DNA of 60,688 bases, filler included, from Sphacelaria rigidula (taxonomy: Eukaryota): assembly GCA_964200075.2 (NCBI GenBank). It is 9 parts of 9 records of this genome, joined end to end, with 100 filler letters (N's around TTAATTAATTAA, not from the genome) between each part and the next. Parts side by side here need not be neighbours in the genome. Positions count along the whole stretch, not along the records: positions 33,773 to 40,426 come from CAXNAA020018809.1; positions 40,527 to 47,180 come from CAXNAA020018810.1; positions 47,281 to 53,934 come from CAXNAA020018811.1; 6 more parts are not named here. One strand, given 5' to 3'. Below, in pieces: positions 39,758 to 52,344 of the stretch. A program made the translations under genes and the position numbers. The notes under the pieces are model-generated. The model was not told where the DNA came from. It saw only the letters and a list, made by a program, of their open reading frames with translations, and did no database searches. Position 1 is the stretch's first letter; each line of letters starts with the position of its first letter.

Positions 39758-39812
39758 TACAAGCATAATCAAAAAGCAGGCTCATGGTACAGAGGAAATA
39801 TGTTCATGCATA

Positions 39813-39870
39813 TGTGTATGTATGTATGTATGTATGTATGTATGTATGTATGTATGTATGTATGTATGTA
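39813..39870. repeat. (TGTA)n microsatellite
   Basis: Read directly. Confidence 0.95.
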
Positions 39871-40034
39871 TCCTATAAAAAGAAGAACGCGTTTAGGCCC
39901 TCCTCGTGCGGTTGCTTTGTCAGTCAGTGAGGGTGAGGGTGGAAAGTAGCGGCTTGCTACTACCCTCGTAATTGCGGTTGCGGCTGTTTTAGTCCTTCTT
40001 ATTCATTATTATATTTTTTCCTCAATATTTTTAC

Positions 40035-40182
40035 TGTCATACTTCCAACCCCCTCTCTTCTTTCCTCCCTTGAGACAAGTCCGCAGTTGTAACAACGAAG
40101 GGATCAACCCATCTTTCCCTCAGTACATGTTTGACATTTGATACCGCGGGTCGGATCAGCGTACCCTCACGGCGTCGACTCT
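40035..40182 (-). mobile_element. 5'-truncated SINE family copy; another at ~40920-41070 (-)
   Basis: aagggatcaacccatct...ggatcagc...cacggcgtcgac matches the 3' half of the SINE. Confidence 0.6.
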
Positions 40183-40354
40183 CTTTGAATACACTCCTTC
40201 TGCTACTCATGTTCTCACTGCTAGACACAAAAAACGACAAAATCCTCTTTGTTATTAGGGCATGCGCAATGATCTGCCCGCGCGAGGTGGTCATCCACCA
40301 TTGATAATGCCACTTTATGACGGCAAGGGGCCCCAAATCGGGAAATGACGGCCA

Positions 40355-40392
<38 letters not shown>

Positions 40393-40527
40393 ACCACCCG
40401 CAACAACCCCACCACGACCCCCAAAANNNNNNNNNNNNNNNNNNNNNNNNNNNNNNNNNNNNNNNNNNNNTTAATTAATTAANNNNNNNNNNNNNNNNNN
40501 NNNNNNNNNNNNNNNNNNNNNNNNNNC

Positions 40528-40800
40528 TCACAATTCAAACACTACGTAGTACGATCATCCCCATTGTGCGGAGTTGAGGTTCTCCCACGCCGCACAACAT
40601 GATCTAGCTCGACTACCATCATGGTTACCGGGGAAAAAAAAACGCAAGCGCGCATAAAAAAAAGCGGTAACCTGGTTGCCTAATTTACGCAGTGCGTGAC
40701 GTGTTTTACAGCATCATCGCCGACCGACACCAACCCCATCGGGGGTCCGCCCCTACAAAGCCGGGACGGAGCACGCCGGTTCTCGCCGGGCCACGGGGGG
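40528..40800 (-). repeat. Dispersed repeat, inverted copy of 6270-6543
   Basis: See 6270-6543. Confidence 0.85.
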
Positions 40801-43345
40801 AGGGGGGAGAGGCAAGAAATTGACATCATAGCACAATCACTACGTACTTCAGTTTATTGTGGGCGAGGTGGGACGAGGATGCAAGAGGTCCCACGTGCTT
40901 TACTCACTCGCGCATATTGTTCATCATACTTTCAACCCCGCCATTCCGTCTCCCCCCTTCTTCTTAGCACGGCTTCGTAGGCTCAAGGGATCATCCCATC
41001 TCCCTCCCGGTACCTGCATGACAATTCAGTATCGACCACAGGATCAGCACCCCCGCAGCTCAGCGACTTTCATTGGAGTTTCACTTGCTCCTCACGCCAT
41101 AACACGCTTCCAACGACGGAAACCAAATTCTCCATAAAAGCACGTTATCACTGCCGCATCTCTCGGAATTCAAACTCATGAAGTCCGCCCAAGCTGGCAG
41201 TTGAGGAATTAGTTTTAACCACCAGGACGCGGGACATGTCCCCTTGCAAATCACGCACAACATCACATTTCTCGACTATTACTCGCCTGCTCCATCTAAC
41301 TTTGCTAAAAGGTACGCAGCTATACTTTTGCTGATAACAGAAGGTAGCGGGCTCCACCTTTGACTTCGCCGGCGGTGTCGCTACCGTTTCTCCTAATCCT
41401 ACTTCCTTGATTTCTGCCACGACATCCGTGGCCATCGTAGAATTGGACTCGCCGACCAGATCCCGCCATGGCTCCTAATGCATGACCCGTTCTCCCCTTG
41501 AGTGGGCTGTGAACAACTTGTTTCGGGTCGCCCTGCCGTAAGCGCATCACCGATAACTTGTTACTCGTCGACCCCCTGGTCCTGTGCTGTCGACACAGTG
41601 CCTTTGCCGAGGAAAGACCCTCGTCTGACGATCGCCCCCTTCATTTGGGAGGAATCCCAGAAAAACATAGCATGTACAATGACCTCTTGTGGCCACCACC
41701 CCTCGTGGCCTGTGTGGCCTCCGTTATTTGAACACCCGGATGTTTCCTCGAGTACGGCCTTAGACTTTCGAAACGTGGTCGTACGTCGCAGGAGGTGCCT
41801 GACCATAATTGTGGAAGGTAGCCGGTTGACCGTGCTGAACTTGCTGCATCACCGTGCTGGGCACCGCGTGGCCGGGATTGTGGGCAATGACCTGTCGGGA
41901 GTAGCGACCGGAGCCATTGGAGGTGAACAGGGGCGGGGATAGGAGGTTTCACCGCGGTTCCAGATTCTTACACACATCAAAACACACGCTCGAGCCACCA
42001 TCTCGAATTTCGAAATCGAAAATTGGCAAAAATGTGCGCACAATTGTTATTACTAACAAAGTATTGCCCAACTTCCGGGTACAAAGCAAAGGTCAGGAAG
42101 CATCGTCCCCGCTGCCAAAAGCTGGTCCCCTGTACTCTGTCGTGGGTCTTTCTAAAGCTTACCTGTGCTTGGACGGGGGAATCATCGAACGTCGGCCATT
42201 TGCAGAGAGATACAAACCCGAATGTGCTTGCAGACAGCGCAGAGAATGCGCCCATGAGCGGCGGGACGATAAGCCAGATTACCCAGTTTCCGGAGGCGAT
42301 CTCATCGTCATCGCGATAGCGGCTGTCGTGGTCTTCGATTGCCTCGTATAGATTAACCCTATTGTTCGTTGGTGATTCATGTTCAGACGTAGTGAAGCGA
42401 GCACCATTGCGAATGTCACATCAGTGAGGGCATCTCATATCGTCCATCCATGACACCAAAACTACACACACCGCAAGCAGTTGAGGTACGGAGACTTGCC
42501 TTGCCGCATGCCCATCATGTACACTTTGCGTGAGCATAGAGATCTTCGTGGTCAGCGGAACACGATCAATATTTAGCCACACCTTGTGGCCGGAATGTCA
42601 ACGAAGGGGCAACAGGTATCGAGATGGAGTACAGGTGAAGTCACTGCACATATATTCCGTACAGTCAGGTCGTAGAAGCACAGGTTGCACAAACCTCAGC
42701 GTACTGACAACCGAGCACTTCGACATGAGCAATGCGACGGCAATAAAACATATCCGCTGAAAGTTGTGAGGTAAACGACAAATCACACAACGCATCGATG
42801 ACACTTGGATAGTCAGTTATTTGCGCGAGAGTAACCTACAAGAGGCTGCCATCCAAAACTACGTGCGAACGACGAGTCACTCACCAGAAGACCACGCAGA
42901 TCATATCGAATGCGAAGGATGCTCATAGTAGACCCGTCATGGTACCGAAGACCCCCTTGCTAAAGCAACACGACGCTTGCGGAAACTATGGCCACGACCG
43001 AGGCAATCCATTGATCTGAGCGAATACAAAAGCAAGAGGGAATAACGAAGGTATAGCTCAGCATTTAGGGAGCGGAAGAGTGCGAGAAAATCGACAGGTT
43101 ACCGTCCTGTGCTGTAAAACATGCGTTCCTGACACCAAAATAAGGGACGGTGAAACCTACACACATATTTTTCTTGCTAAACCGCCATATTGACACGTTT
43201 ACATCGAAGCAGAGCATCAATAATAGGAGAGCGTGTATGCCAGGGAGCTCAGTGACATAAATACTCTGGCCTGAGGGAATATGAGGCAATGGTATCGGCA
43301 TCCACCTCTGAACGACACTCAACGTGGTAAACTAAACATGAGATC

Positions 43346-44811
43346 TCCTCGAAAATGGGGTTTAATATCGCGGTGATGTTCAATCTGCCTCCGAATCTTC
43401 ATTCGTTTTACTGAAATACGCGGAAAAACGAAAGCAAATTCAGATGGTTCGGATCTGTTGAAAGCTAAGCAAGTGTGGCCGGAAGCACCCAATAAGTGCG
43501 GTGTACACGTGGTCGATGGCGACGCCACTGGAGGAGCAACGGCGGAGAGGAAGCTCTCGTCCGTGTCTTTTGCGTGTCTCCGTTCGGTGATTCCCAATCG
43601 CTCGAGAGATTGGCACCAAGTTACCACCACATACCCTGTTTACCAGCCCTTTCGTCGGCACAAGAACGGCAGGCGGTTACTTGGACGGCCCCCCAAAACG
43701 ATCGGGTTGCCGCAGCTTGACTGATGTCTTCGTGTCTTGTCTATCGCGGTGACCAGTGCACAGATCGATTCCTTTCTGCCTCTCGTTTTGTACAGGACGC
43801 GCCTCTGTGCGCTACACAACACGTCGTCGAAAAACAGGGCGATGTTCTTGTCACCGCTATCCCGCCGTCATATACACACGTGGGAGCAAGACCGTTCCGC
43901 GAAGATCCAATCACGTGTGGGGGGTGTTATGGTTAATTTTGGTCAGAGGCTTGCTACATGGACAATCGAACACATTCGGGTTGGGAGAATACAATAGTGA
44001 ACACACGACCGTGGAGACTTTTTTGGAATGCAAAGTGAAAAAAGATACCTCTGGTGGTGACTGAGCTGCTGCTGGCGTGGCTTTACATGGGGGCTGGCAT
44101 ACGACAATATGTGAGCTGCAGCACGTCTTATGTGATGCACAGTCCCACGTTTGTGGGGAGGGGTGGTGTCTTCAAACTTTTGAATCTGCGGAGGTCACCA
44201 CAAGATACACAGCAGTGAATCTTCGCGGAACGGCCATTGCTCGCACGTGTGTACGTGACAACGGGATAGCGGTGACAGGGACATCGACCTGTTTTTCGAC
44301 GACGTGTTCTGTAGCGCACGGAGGCACGTCCTGTTAAAAAAAGATGCAGGAAGGAATCGATCTTTGCACTGGTCACCGCGATAGACAAAACGCGAGTACG
44401 TCAGTCAAGCTGCGGCAACCCGATCGTTTTGGGGGGCTGCCCAAGTATCCACCTGCCGTTCTTGTACCGAGGAAAGGGCTGGTAAACAGGGCATGTGGTG
44501 GAAAAATGGCCGGCAAATTAGGCATGTGGTGGCAGCCTGGTGCCAATCTCTCGAGAAATCGAGAATCGCCGAACGTATACACGCAAAGGACATGAGCGAG
44601 GAGCTTCCTCTCCGCCATTGTTCCTCCGGTGGCATCGTCATCGACCACATGTAAACCACAGTAGTTGGGAGCTTTTGGTCACACTTGCTTAGCTTTTCAC
44701 AGAAAAAAAGTATCCGAGATTAGTTCCGTCTTTCAAAGTATTCCGGGATGAATTTCGAAAGTCTGAAGGCAGGTTGAAACCCATCGCGATGCTAACCCCC
44801 ATTTTCGAGGA
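43346..44811. repeat. Large inverted repeat: arms 43346-43906 and 44219-44811, ~310-bp spacer
   Basis: Arms align throughout (e.g. ggcggagaggaagctc, ccccccaaaacgatcgggttgccgcagcttgactga, gtctatcgcggtgaccagtgca). Confidence 0.92.
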
Positions 44812-46069
44812 CACCTTTTTTCAAGTCACCTCGAGTGCCTGGCGTAAACAATACGCGAGCGGTTTATTCGAAAACGCATTTGCAGTGAACTCAAGGGTAT
44901 GTGTATACTTATTTTTACGACATTCACGCACGCTTTATGAGGCTGAGATATCTTGAGTAAATCATTCCAAACGCACTCCCGCAGTAGGTGCGCACTCTAC
45001 TGTACCACTGTACAATCCCGAAGGGTGCAGTCTCAAGCGTGGGGACGAACTATGGGCAAGGCATGGTTACACAGGCACTCCGAATTCAATCAGACTTCAG
45101 CTGAGCGGTACTGTCGTAGCAACATTGCTTCGGAGGCTATCACGAAGTACTCACACCACAAGAAGAATCCGAAGGCCATAAGAGCCAAGGCATGCGAGAC
45201 GATCGTGACGATTGCTGAAACCTTGATCTGGAGAAGTGATCCACGAAGTCAAAGCAAAAAACGAAGAAAAGGTGATGCATGACATTGTCGGGGGGCTCAG
45301 GGCTAGCGACGATGTAGAGTAGTGTCGCATCGGATTGAGAAAGACGTTGGTGGAAGGCATGTCGGAGGGCATCGGAGATGCGGTGTATCCGCGCAGTGTA
45401 TACTGTGTGCCAGCGGAACGCCGTACCCGCGAACGGTAAATTAAGAACCCATCGCACCATTGGCTGTACTTTCTTCGGAAACGGAGTTAGCACACGGTGT
45501 ATAATCGGTTTTCGATGAACGATGATAACATCACTTTCCATACATGGACTGCTGTTGCACAGCGACGGAAGGGCATTCCTGAGGATTGAGGATTGTATTT
45601 GATCACATGCACGTTTCAGTAATACAGAAGCGTGAACTACATCGATAAAAATAATACGAGTACGACTGTAGATCCGAGGCGGATCTCGACTCGTTACCGC
45701 CTGAGAAGTACGAGTACTATCGCTTACATCGTGCAACAGTTATGAATACTATCGCTTAATTTGCACGCCTGCTGAGGGCTGCGCTGAGTCGTGCGTAGTC
45801 AACATATTAGAGGTAAACGTACGCTTAAGGCACCTGTCGGGAAAAACTCTGGTTCGTGGACACCACGACACGTAGAACAATGCCCAGAGTATCCGGAGAG
45901 AGATAATTTACTATTTCATCACCTAAGCTTCTCAAAATTGAAAAATAATCAAACCAAGTCGCAGGAGTAGATGTGGAGTATGGCTCTATTGACGTAAAAA
46001 ATGGGGCAAAAACACCCCCTGTCTCAATTACGGTACACTTTACGCAGCAGTTGATTTCTCGCGACCGTA

Positions 46070-47140
46070 GACGTCTCGTGCCTTCTTTTGGTACAAATGT
46101 CTATTAGATTAGTGCGGTCCGTTTTCAAAATTAAAAAAAGAAGAAAAATTTAATCCGGGGATGAAAATCGCCTTATCCCCTGTTTTTCGGAACAAATTTC
46201 GCAATTAAGTCGGTGTTCGGCGACGCCGTACTCGACGAAAACTAACTGTTCCTTTTTTTTTTTCCGACCCATCGAAATACATTTTGATAGTAATCTCCCA
46301 AAATTTCGTGCTCATCGGTTGTGATTGAGGTACTCTATCACGCACGTTGAGTAGTGCCCCTAATCATTCATTTTTCACCAGAAATCGATAATGATTACGA
46401 AAATGGGACACCAGGGACGTTTCAGGCCTCCTCTTTTGGTACAAATGTGTGTGACACTAGTGCAGTCCATTTTGCAAAAACTAAATAAATCCGGGGATGA
46501 AAATGGCCCATCCCCTAGTTTTCGGAACTAATTCCGCCATTAATTCTGTGTTTGGCAACGCCGTACTCGGCGAAAACGTTTTTTTCTTTTACTGCTTCAT
46601 TAACCCATCGAGATACGTTTTGATAGTAATCTCCCAAAATCTGGTGTTCATGCCTTACGATTTAGGTACTATGACGCACGTTAAGTGATGCCCCCTAATC
46701 ACCAGAAACCGACAATGCTGCGAAAACGGAACACCTAGAGCCAGGACGTTCCAGATATTTTCCTCCGGCACAAACCTTTACGCATCGCAATGCATCACCA
46801 TGCCTCACGATGCATCACTTTCTGGCACCAAAGAGGGAAAATAGGCAATTCGGGGAATAAATTGGCCTATCCTCGGATTTTCGGAACAAAGTTGAGCATT
46901 CTTCTCCGTGTTTGGCAATGCCGAACTCGACGAACACGTTCGCAGAGCTCGAAGCTTTCTGTTTGTTCAGAGCTACCCAACCAAGTGGGATTAGTTTCGA
47001 CATAATTGTCGCAAAAGTTTGGTGTTCGACGGATGTGACGGAGTTGCAATGAATGAAACACGTTTGCTGCCCCCCCGCCCCCCTCTCCCCCCCCCACAAA
47101 ATTCTCGCCAAAATCGACAATGACTACGAGAACAGCAGAC
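46070..47140. repeat. Three diverged tandem units of ~340-380 bp
   Basis: Recurring blocks tcttttggtacaaatgt, aatccggggatgaaaat, ttttcggaac, acgccgtactcg.cgaaaac, ttttgatagtaatctcccaaaat; units start at ~46080, ~46430 and (weaker) ~46760. Confidence 0.85.
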
Positions 47141-48068
47141 GTGGCTTGCAGACAGCAGCGAGCACGAAACAGAGCAAGCCNNNNNNNNNNNNNNNNNNNN
47201 NNNNNNNNNNNNNNNNNNNNNNNNTTAATTAATTAANNNNNNNNNNNNNNNNNNNNNNNNNNNNNNNNNNNNNNNNNNNNAACGATTGCGCGGAGTGATT
47301 CGATTGAAAAAACAGGCGATCCGCCACGAAAAATCCAGACGTGGTGACAAGAACAGAGAAACACGGAAAAAAAAAAAAAAAAAAAAAAAATGCGTCAACG
47401 GAAGAGGCCTGCGCACAGTCGAGAAACAAAAATGATGGGAGACACCGCCGGGCTAAGAAACCGTGTCGGGAAGAAAACTCGCCAGGGAACAGGGGGTGGT
47501 AACTACAAGTATTGAAGTAGCAAGGCCGAATCAAGAGCAGGTATTGGGTCCACCCCCAAAACAAAATCGCACTACTTTGATAACTACTCTGAACAACAAC
47601 GTCTGAAGAATCGTGACACAAACACTAATAATGCGGTGAACGAGGGAAAGCACAAGAGAGGGGAATGAAAAGAATGCAAGAGGGGGGTCGAGTGAACACC
47701 TGCTATCCGCTTCTCGGGGTCGTGCCCCCCTTACAATTCTTCGAGCGACTATTTTCTCAACTGTTTCCATTTTCTCCCAATACCTCTATATTTATGTACA
47801 TGCTCGACATCTCGGGCTCACGGAGAAGGTTCACCCGTCCCAGCCCACGTGAGGCACTAGCTCTTGTCCGTTGAACGTGACTCCTCACTCGTGTCCGATC
47901 TCAATTGACGTATTCCCTGAGGCAGTGTCCCAACGCTGGGTAAACCTCTTGAGCGCCGGGATTGAGCTTCAAGCTTGTCGCCGCCGGCACAGCCCGCCGG
48001 CTAGTGTGTAGATCGCTTCAACCGCCAACACAGCCAACAACCTAGATCGTAGGCCGCATCACTCTCTC

Positions 48069-50120
48069 CTATGCGTTCCCTCGGGTCGTTAATTTTCTAT
48101 CTTGGTTGGGTTCACCCGACGCAGTCAGCACTAGTGGGATGGCGGCCGGGGGTGGAGGAGCTGATGAGGTTTCCACATTTATTCGTGGCGGAAGCTCTTC
48201 GCAAAAGTACCGCAAGTGCGGATGACCGGGGCGACACAGTCCTCCTGCATACGCGTGAGAAGAGACGAAGGCTGGTCCCAGTGACCACCGTGTCCGTATA
48301 CATAACTGGTCGGACCCACTTGTTGCTCCAGATATCCGGGGCGTCGGGGCGATATCGTCCGCTTGCATCGACTTCAAGAGCGACAAACAGTGCTCCCATT
48401 GATCATCACTCTCGCATGCCTTCCTGGCCGAGCTGTAGCTCACCACATCTGGGATGATCCCTTGCGCCTGCATTGCTAGTAATATAGGCACTATGTGCTG
48501 CCACTCACCAGCGTCTGCACATGCGGAGATGGCGGAGTTGTAGCTAATCACATCAGGTACAATACCATTCGTTTGCATCTCCCTCAGGAGAGACAACGCC
48601 TCCTCAAACTTGTCACCGTTCCCGCATGCCGTAATTGCTGAGTTGTAGCTCACCACATCCGGAGCAACACCCCTCGACTGCATATCTCTGAATATCAACA
48701 ACGCCTCCTTCCATTGACCACTTTTTCCACACGCCGCGATGGCCGAGTTGTAGCTCACCACGTCAGGGGTAACCCGCTTCTCCTGCATCTCCCTCAAAAT
48801 GGACAGAGCCTGCTGCCACTGACCCCCATCGCCGCATGCCGTAATGGCCGAGTTATAGCTCACCACATCTAGAGTAACACCCCTCGATTGCATCTCGCTC
48901 AGAAGAGACACAGCCCGCTCCCATTGGTCACCCTTTCCGCAAGCTTTCATAGTGGAGCTGTAGCTCACCACATCCGGTGTGATTCGCTCAGCCTGCATTG
49001 CCCTCAAGAGAGTCAAAGCCTGCTCCCAATGGCCACCGTCCCCGCACGCCGCGATGGCAGAGTTGTAGCTCACCACGTCCGGGACAACACCCTCCGCCCG
49101 CATCTCTGTCAAAATACGAGATGCCTGCTCCCACTGACCGCCATTACCGCATGCGGTGATGGCGGCGTTGTAGCTCACCACATTCGGGGCGACATCACTT
49201 CCCTTCATCGCCGTCAAAAGAGACAAAGCCTCCTCCCATCGACCTCTCTTTCCGCACGCCGTGATGACCGAATTGTAGCTCACCACATCTAACGAGATAC
49301 CCCGTACTTGCATCTCCGAGAAAAGAGACAAAGCCAACTCCCACCGGCCATGGTGCCCGCATACTGTGATTACCGAGCTGTAGCACACCACATCTGGGGC
49401 GACACCCTCTGCTTGCATCTTCTTCAGCAGCGACAAAGCTTCCTCCCGCCGACCACCGTCCCCGCACGCCGTGATGGCCGAGCTATAGCTCACCACATCC
49501 GGGGCGATGCCCTTCGCCCGCATCTCTTCCAACAGGAGCAAAATTTGCTCCCACTTGCCAGTTTTCGCGCAAGCGTTAATCGCGGCATTGTACGACACGA
49601 CACCGGGTTCCACCCCCTTCTTTCGCATGAGCTCTAACATCGCAATCGCCGCTGCCCACTTGCCACTTTTCGCAGCGACGTTTATCGCAGCAGTGTATAG
49701 ATACACATTGACAATTACATGCGCATCATTGTGCGCCAGCGCTTCCGTCATTATTCCCTTCACCGATCCCCAGTCTCGTCGTACGCCTGCTCGCTTCAAT
49801 TTACGCATGTACGACTGATGCGCAGTCCATAAGTCCGGAGACAAGCGCTGTCGCTGCGCCTTCCCCTCTGCGGGCCGTACTCTTCTTCGGCGCCCATTTC
49901 CACTGCCCCCGCGGTCAGCCGGTACGCGTATTCGGACTGGACTTCCGCTGACATCCGGTTCATCTGTGTACATGACGGTGGAGGATAGGCCGCATCGTCG
50001 TCCACGAGCGAACGCAGTACTGGGAGGTATACCCCATGTTTGCCGCATTGGCCTGGTCAAGGTACTTTCGGCGGTGGTGGTGCAGGGAATGATCATGATG
50101 TCAACTCCGATCCAGCTGAC
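48069..50120 (-). CDS. P-class pentatricopeptide repeat (PPR) protein with 13 tandem 35-aa motifs; first in-exon ATG at 50096, possible acceptor at 50121-50123
   Basis: Uninterrupted ORF with motifs like PDVVSYNSAITACGxGGQWEEALSLLREMQxxGVx; 105-nt periodicity (ttgtagctcaccacatc) at DNA level. Confidence 0.95.
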   Translation of the reverse strand, partial: VSWIGVDIMIIPCTTTAESTLTRPMRQTWGIPPSTAFARGRRCGLSSTVMYTDEPDVSGSPVRIRVPADRGGSGNGRRRRVRPAEGKAQRQRLSPDLWTAHQSYMRKLKRAGVRRDWGSVKGIMTEALAHNDAHVIVNVYLYTAAINVAAKSGKWAAAIAMLELMRKKGVEPGVVSYNAAINACAKTGKWEQILLLLEEMRAKGIAPDVVSYSSAITACGDGGRREEALSLLKKMQAEGVAPDVVCYSSVITVCGHHGRWELALSLFSEMQVRGISLDVVSYNSVITACGKRGRWEEALSLLTAMKGSDVAPNVVSYNAAITACGNGGQWEQASRILTEMRAEGVVPDVVSYNSAIAACGDGGHWEQALTLLRAMQAERITPDVVSYSSTMKACGKGDQWERAVSLLSEMQSRGVTLDVVSYNSAITACGDGGQWQQALSILREMQEKRVTPDVVSYNSAIAACGKSGQWKEALLIFRDMQSRGVAPDVVSYNSAITACGNGDKFEEALSLLREMQTNGIVPDVISYNSAISACADAGEWQHIVPILLAMQAQGIIPDVVSYSSARKACESDDQWEHCLSLLKSMQADDIAPTPRISGATSGSDQLCIRTRWSLGPAFVSSHAYAGGLCRPGHPHLRYFCEELPPRINVETSSAPPPPAAIPLVLTASGEPNQDRKLTTRGNA

Positions 50121-50460
50121 CTGAGAGAGCGGTGAGAGAATAACCCGGAAAAAACAAGGCAAACATAGCGCAAAGATGGAAGCGAGGAATGGAGGACGGT
50201 GGGTGCAACAAAAAGGGCGGCATATCGAGCAAAGACACTTGCCCAGGATAAAGCAGCATACCTCAATTTTGCTCGATTGGGCATGAGCCAGCTGGTTTTC
50301 TTCGAGGGTAATCTTGCGTCACTTGTGACTTCATGTGATGATGAGAGGGAACAAAATGGCTTATCTGCAAGAAGAAAATTCCTTTATCGAAAGGTTCGAC
50401 AAATTCCAACATTTTTCTTCTTTTTTTCGTGTCTCTCTGTGCATGGAACATTGATACTTC

Positions 50461-51337
50461 TGGTGAGCTTACGCGATGGGGTCGATTATGTCACATCCAG
50501 CGCCCGCACACCGTAAAACGTGGCTCTCTCCGCCGCACAAGCGCGTGATATATGTAAAGTTTACGCGGCATGAGCTGTGACCCCGCTTGCTCGTTCAGTC
50601 TCTTCTTGATACCACGACACTCCGCAGGTGTCAAACCAAGGCCTACAGGTATAAACTCCCTAATCTCAACGATGAACGCGCACTTGCGCGTTCGGCCTGT
50701 TTGTTTTGAGCGAACTGCCACAATTCGATGCTCGCGGCAGTACTCCACCCCTCCGATTCTCCCCCGCAGAAGCTGCCTTCAGGCCTGCTGTATCTGAGCG
50801 AGGGTGTGCGCAGCTGCGTCCAAACATGATCCCTGCGCTACCCACTCTATATCCAAGTGCGTAGTCACTTCGATGTATTTTAATTCGGAGTGACGAACAA
50901 TTCGCAAGCTCGAGACCCCTAGAACGTGCTTCACGACGCACACAACGGTAGAGTCCATGTCAGGAGAATCGAGGTACTCGAAAAGTAGCGCAGAGGAATT
51001 TCCTGGCTTAGTAAAATGCTTGAAGTCAACTTGGCAGTCGCCAACGGGGAGAAAGTACCAAAAGCAGTTTTTTGAGAATCTCAAATCGAAGTTAATCAAA
51101 CTCGGGGAAGGGAAATACGGATGGGTAAAACCTGTCTGCGCGAGATTCACGTGTCCATATGTGCGCGAGTGTGATCCTAAACAGCCACATTTCCACCCGT
51201 ACAGCAGCACTGTAAACTTACTGTACGAACAATACAGGGGCCACGTGTGTTGCTTTCTGGGAGGTAACCCAGAGATTTGTTATGTGGCACATACTCTTTT
51301 TCTCTAACACATACGACCCCGTCTCGTAGGCTCACCA
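50461..51337. mobile_element. ~877-bp TIR-bounded element upstream of the PPR gene
   Basis: tggtgagcttacgcgatggggtcg at 50461 vs cgaccccgtctcgtaggctcacca ending at 51337; no TSD identified. Confidence 0.6.
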
Positions 51338-52344
51338 TCAAACCACAACCAATACAACCCCTACAGCAAGACATAGCAAAGATCCCTCCCGTGAATCGTA
51401 TTCCGTTGCTCGTGGACCACGTGAGCACTTTTACCAGAGATGTGACTGGATGCCTTTGGAGTGCCGGAAGCACTGTTCACCGACGTCGGCTCCTTTTACG
51501 CCATTTCAACTCCTCTGGGCCCGAGTATGTGTGCGGGCAACATGAGCGCAGTGTTCTCGTTCTCTTTATTTCAATTTCGGGTGGTTCTAAACCTATCGCA
51601 TCAGTAGGGGGGGCGTACTTATTTTTTGCTTGCCTTGGTCGTTTGACCATTGACCACGCTATCGCATCAGTAGGGGGTGGAGCAATCCGGCGATCAGCGG
51701 CCAAAAATGGGCTCTTTTCCCCTTTTATTAAGGTAAAGCGTGGCAAAGTGATAACAAGACAAACGAATGGCTTTCACTACAATCGATAGTCAAGTACTTT
51801 TACCCAGGTAAACATGACAAAGATGTAGGGTTGGGACGATGCGGATCATTCCGGGGGGGCAGGGGGGGGGCTATTACTTCGTTATAGTTTGGAAAAGTCT
51901 GCATTTTCATGACACATATCATGCGGTTTTAGAATATAGAAGACTCTCCGGAGATTCCAAACCGGCGGAGCCCCTGCCCCGACACACAAATCACAACCAA
52001 CCCACTCAATACTTCGAAGTGAACATACACCAACAAGAGCCTGGGAGATCAGGGGGCTCGCCAGTACGCGATGACTTAGAGGCAAGGCAGTAGCAGAACC
52101 CGCCAATCCTACGCAACCCTTATAGCCACGAGCTAGAGACGGGACAACGGTAGAATCCGCCACTTCTGCGCAACCCCTACAGCCACGAGTGGCAGCAGCG
52201 TGACCGGGAGCACAAGCCACCAGCAACCACTGCACACGAATAGTGCGAACGTGGATTCGGCTGGCGCATTTCTCCGCACATGAACTGTACTGTACTGAGC
52301 TGTACCACACGCTCGTTGTTGGCTTGGGCTACAATTTCAGATGA

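Noticed and set aside
41148..42351. Possible decayed gene on the minus strand
   Set aside because: Coding-like composition but multiple stops and no recognisable family
44950..45520. piggyBac-like C-terminal Cys-rich remnant
   Set aside because: Cys spacing incomplete; no DDD core or TTAA-flanked TIR found
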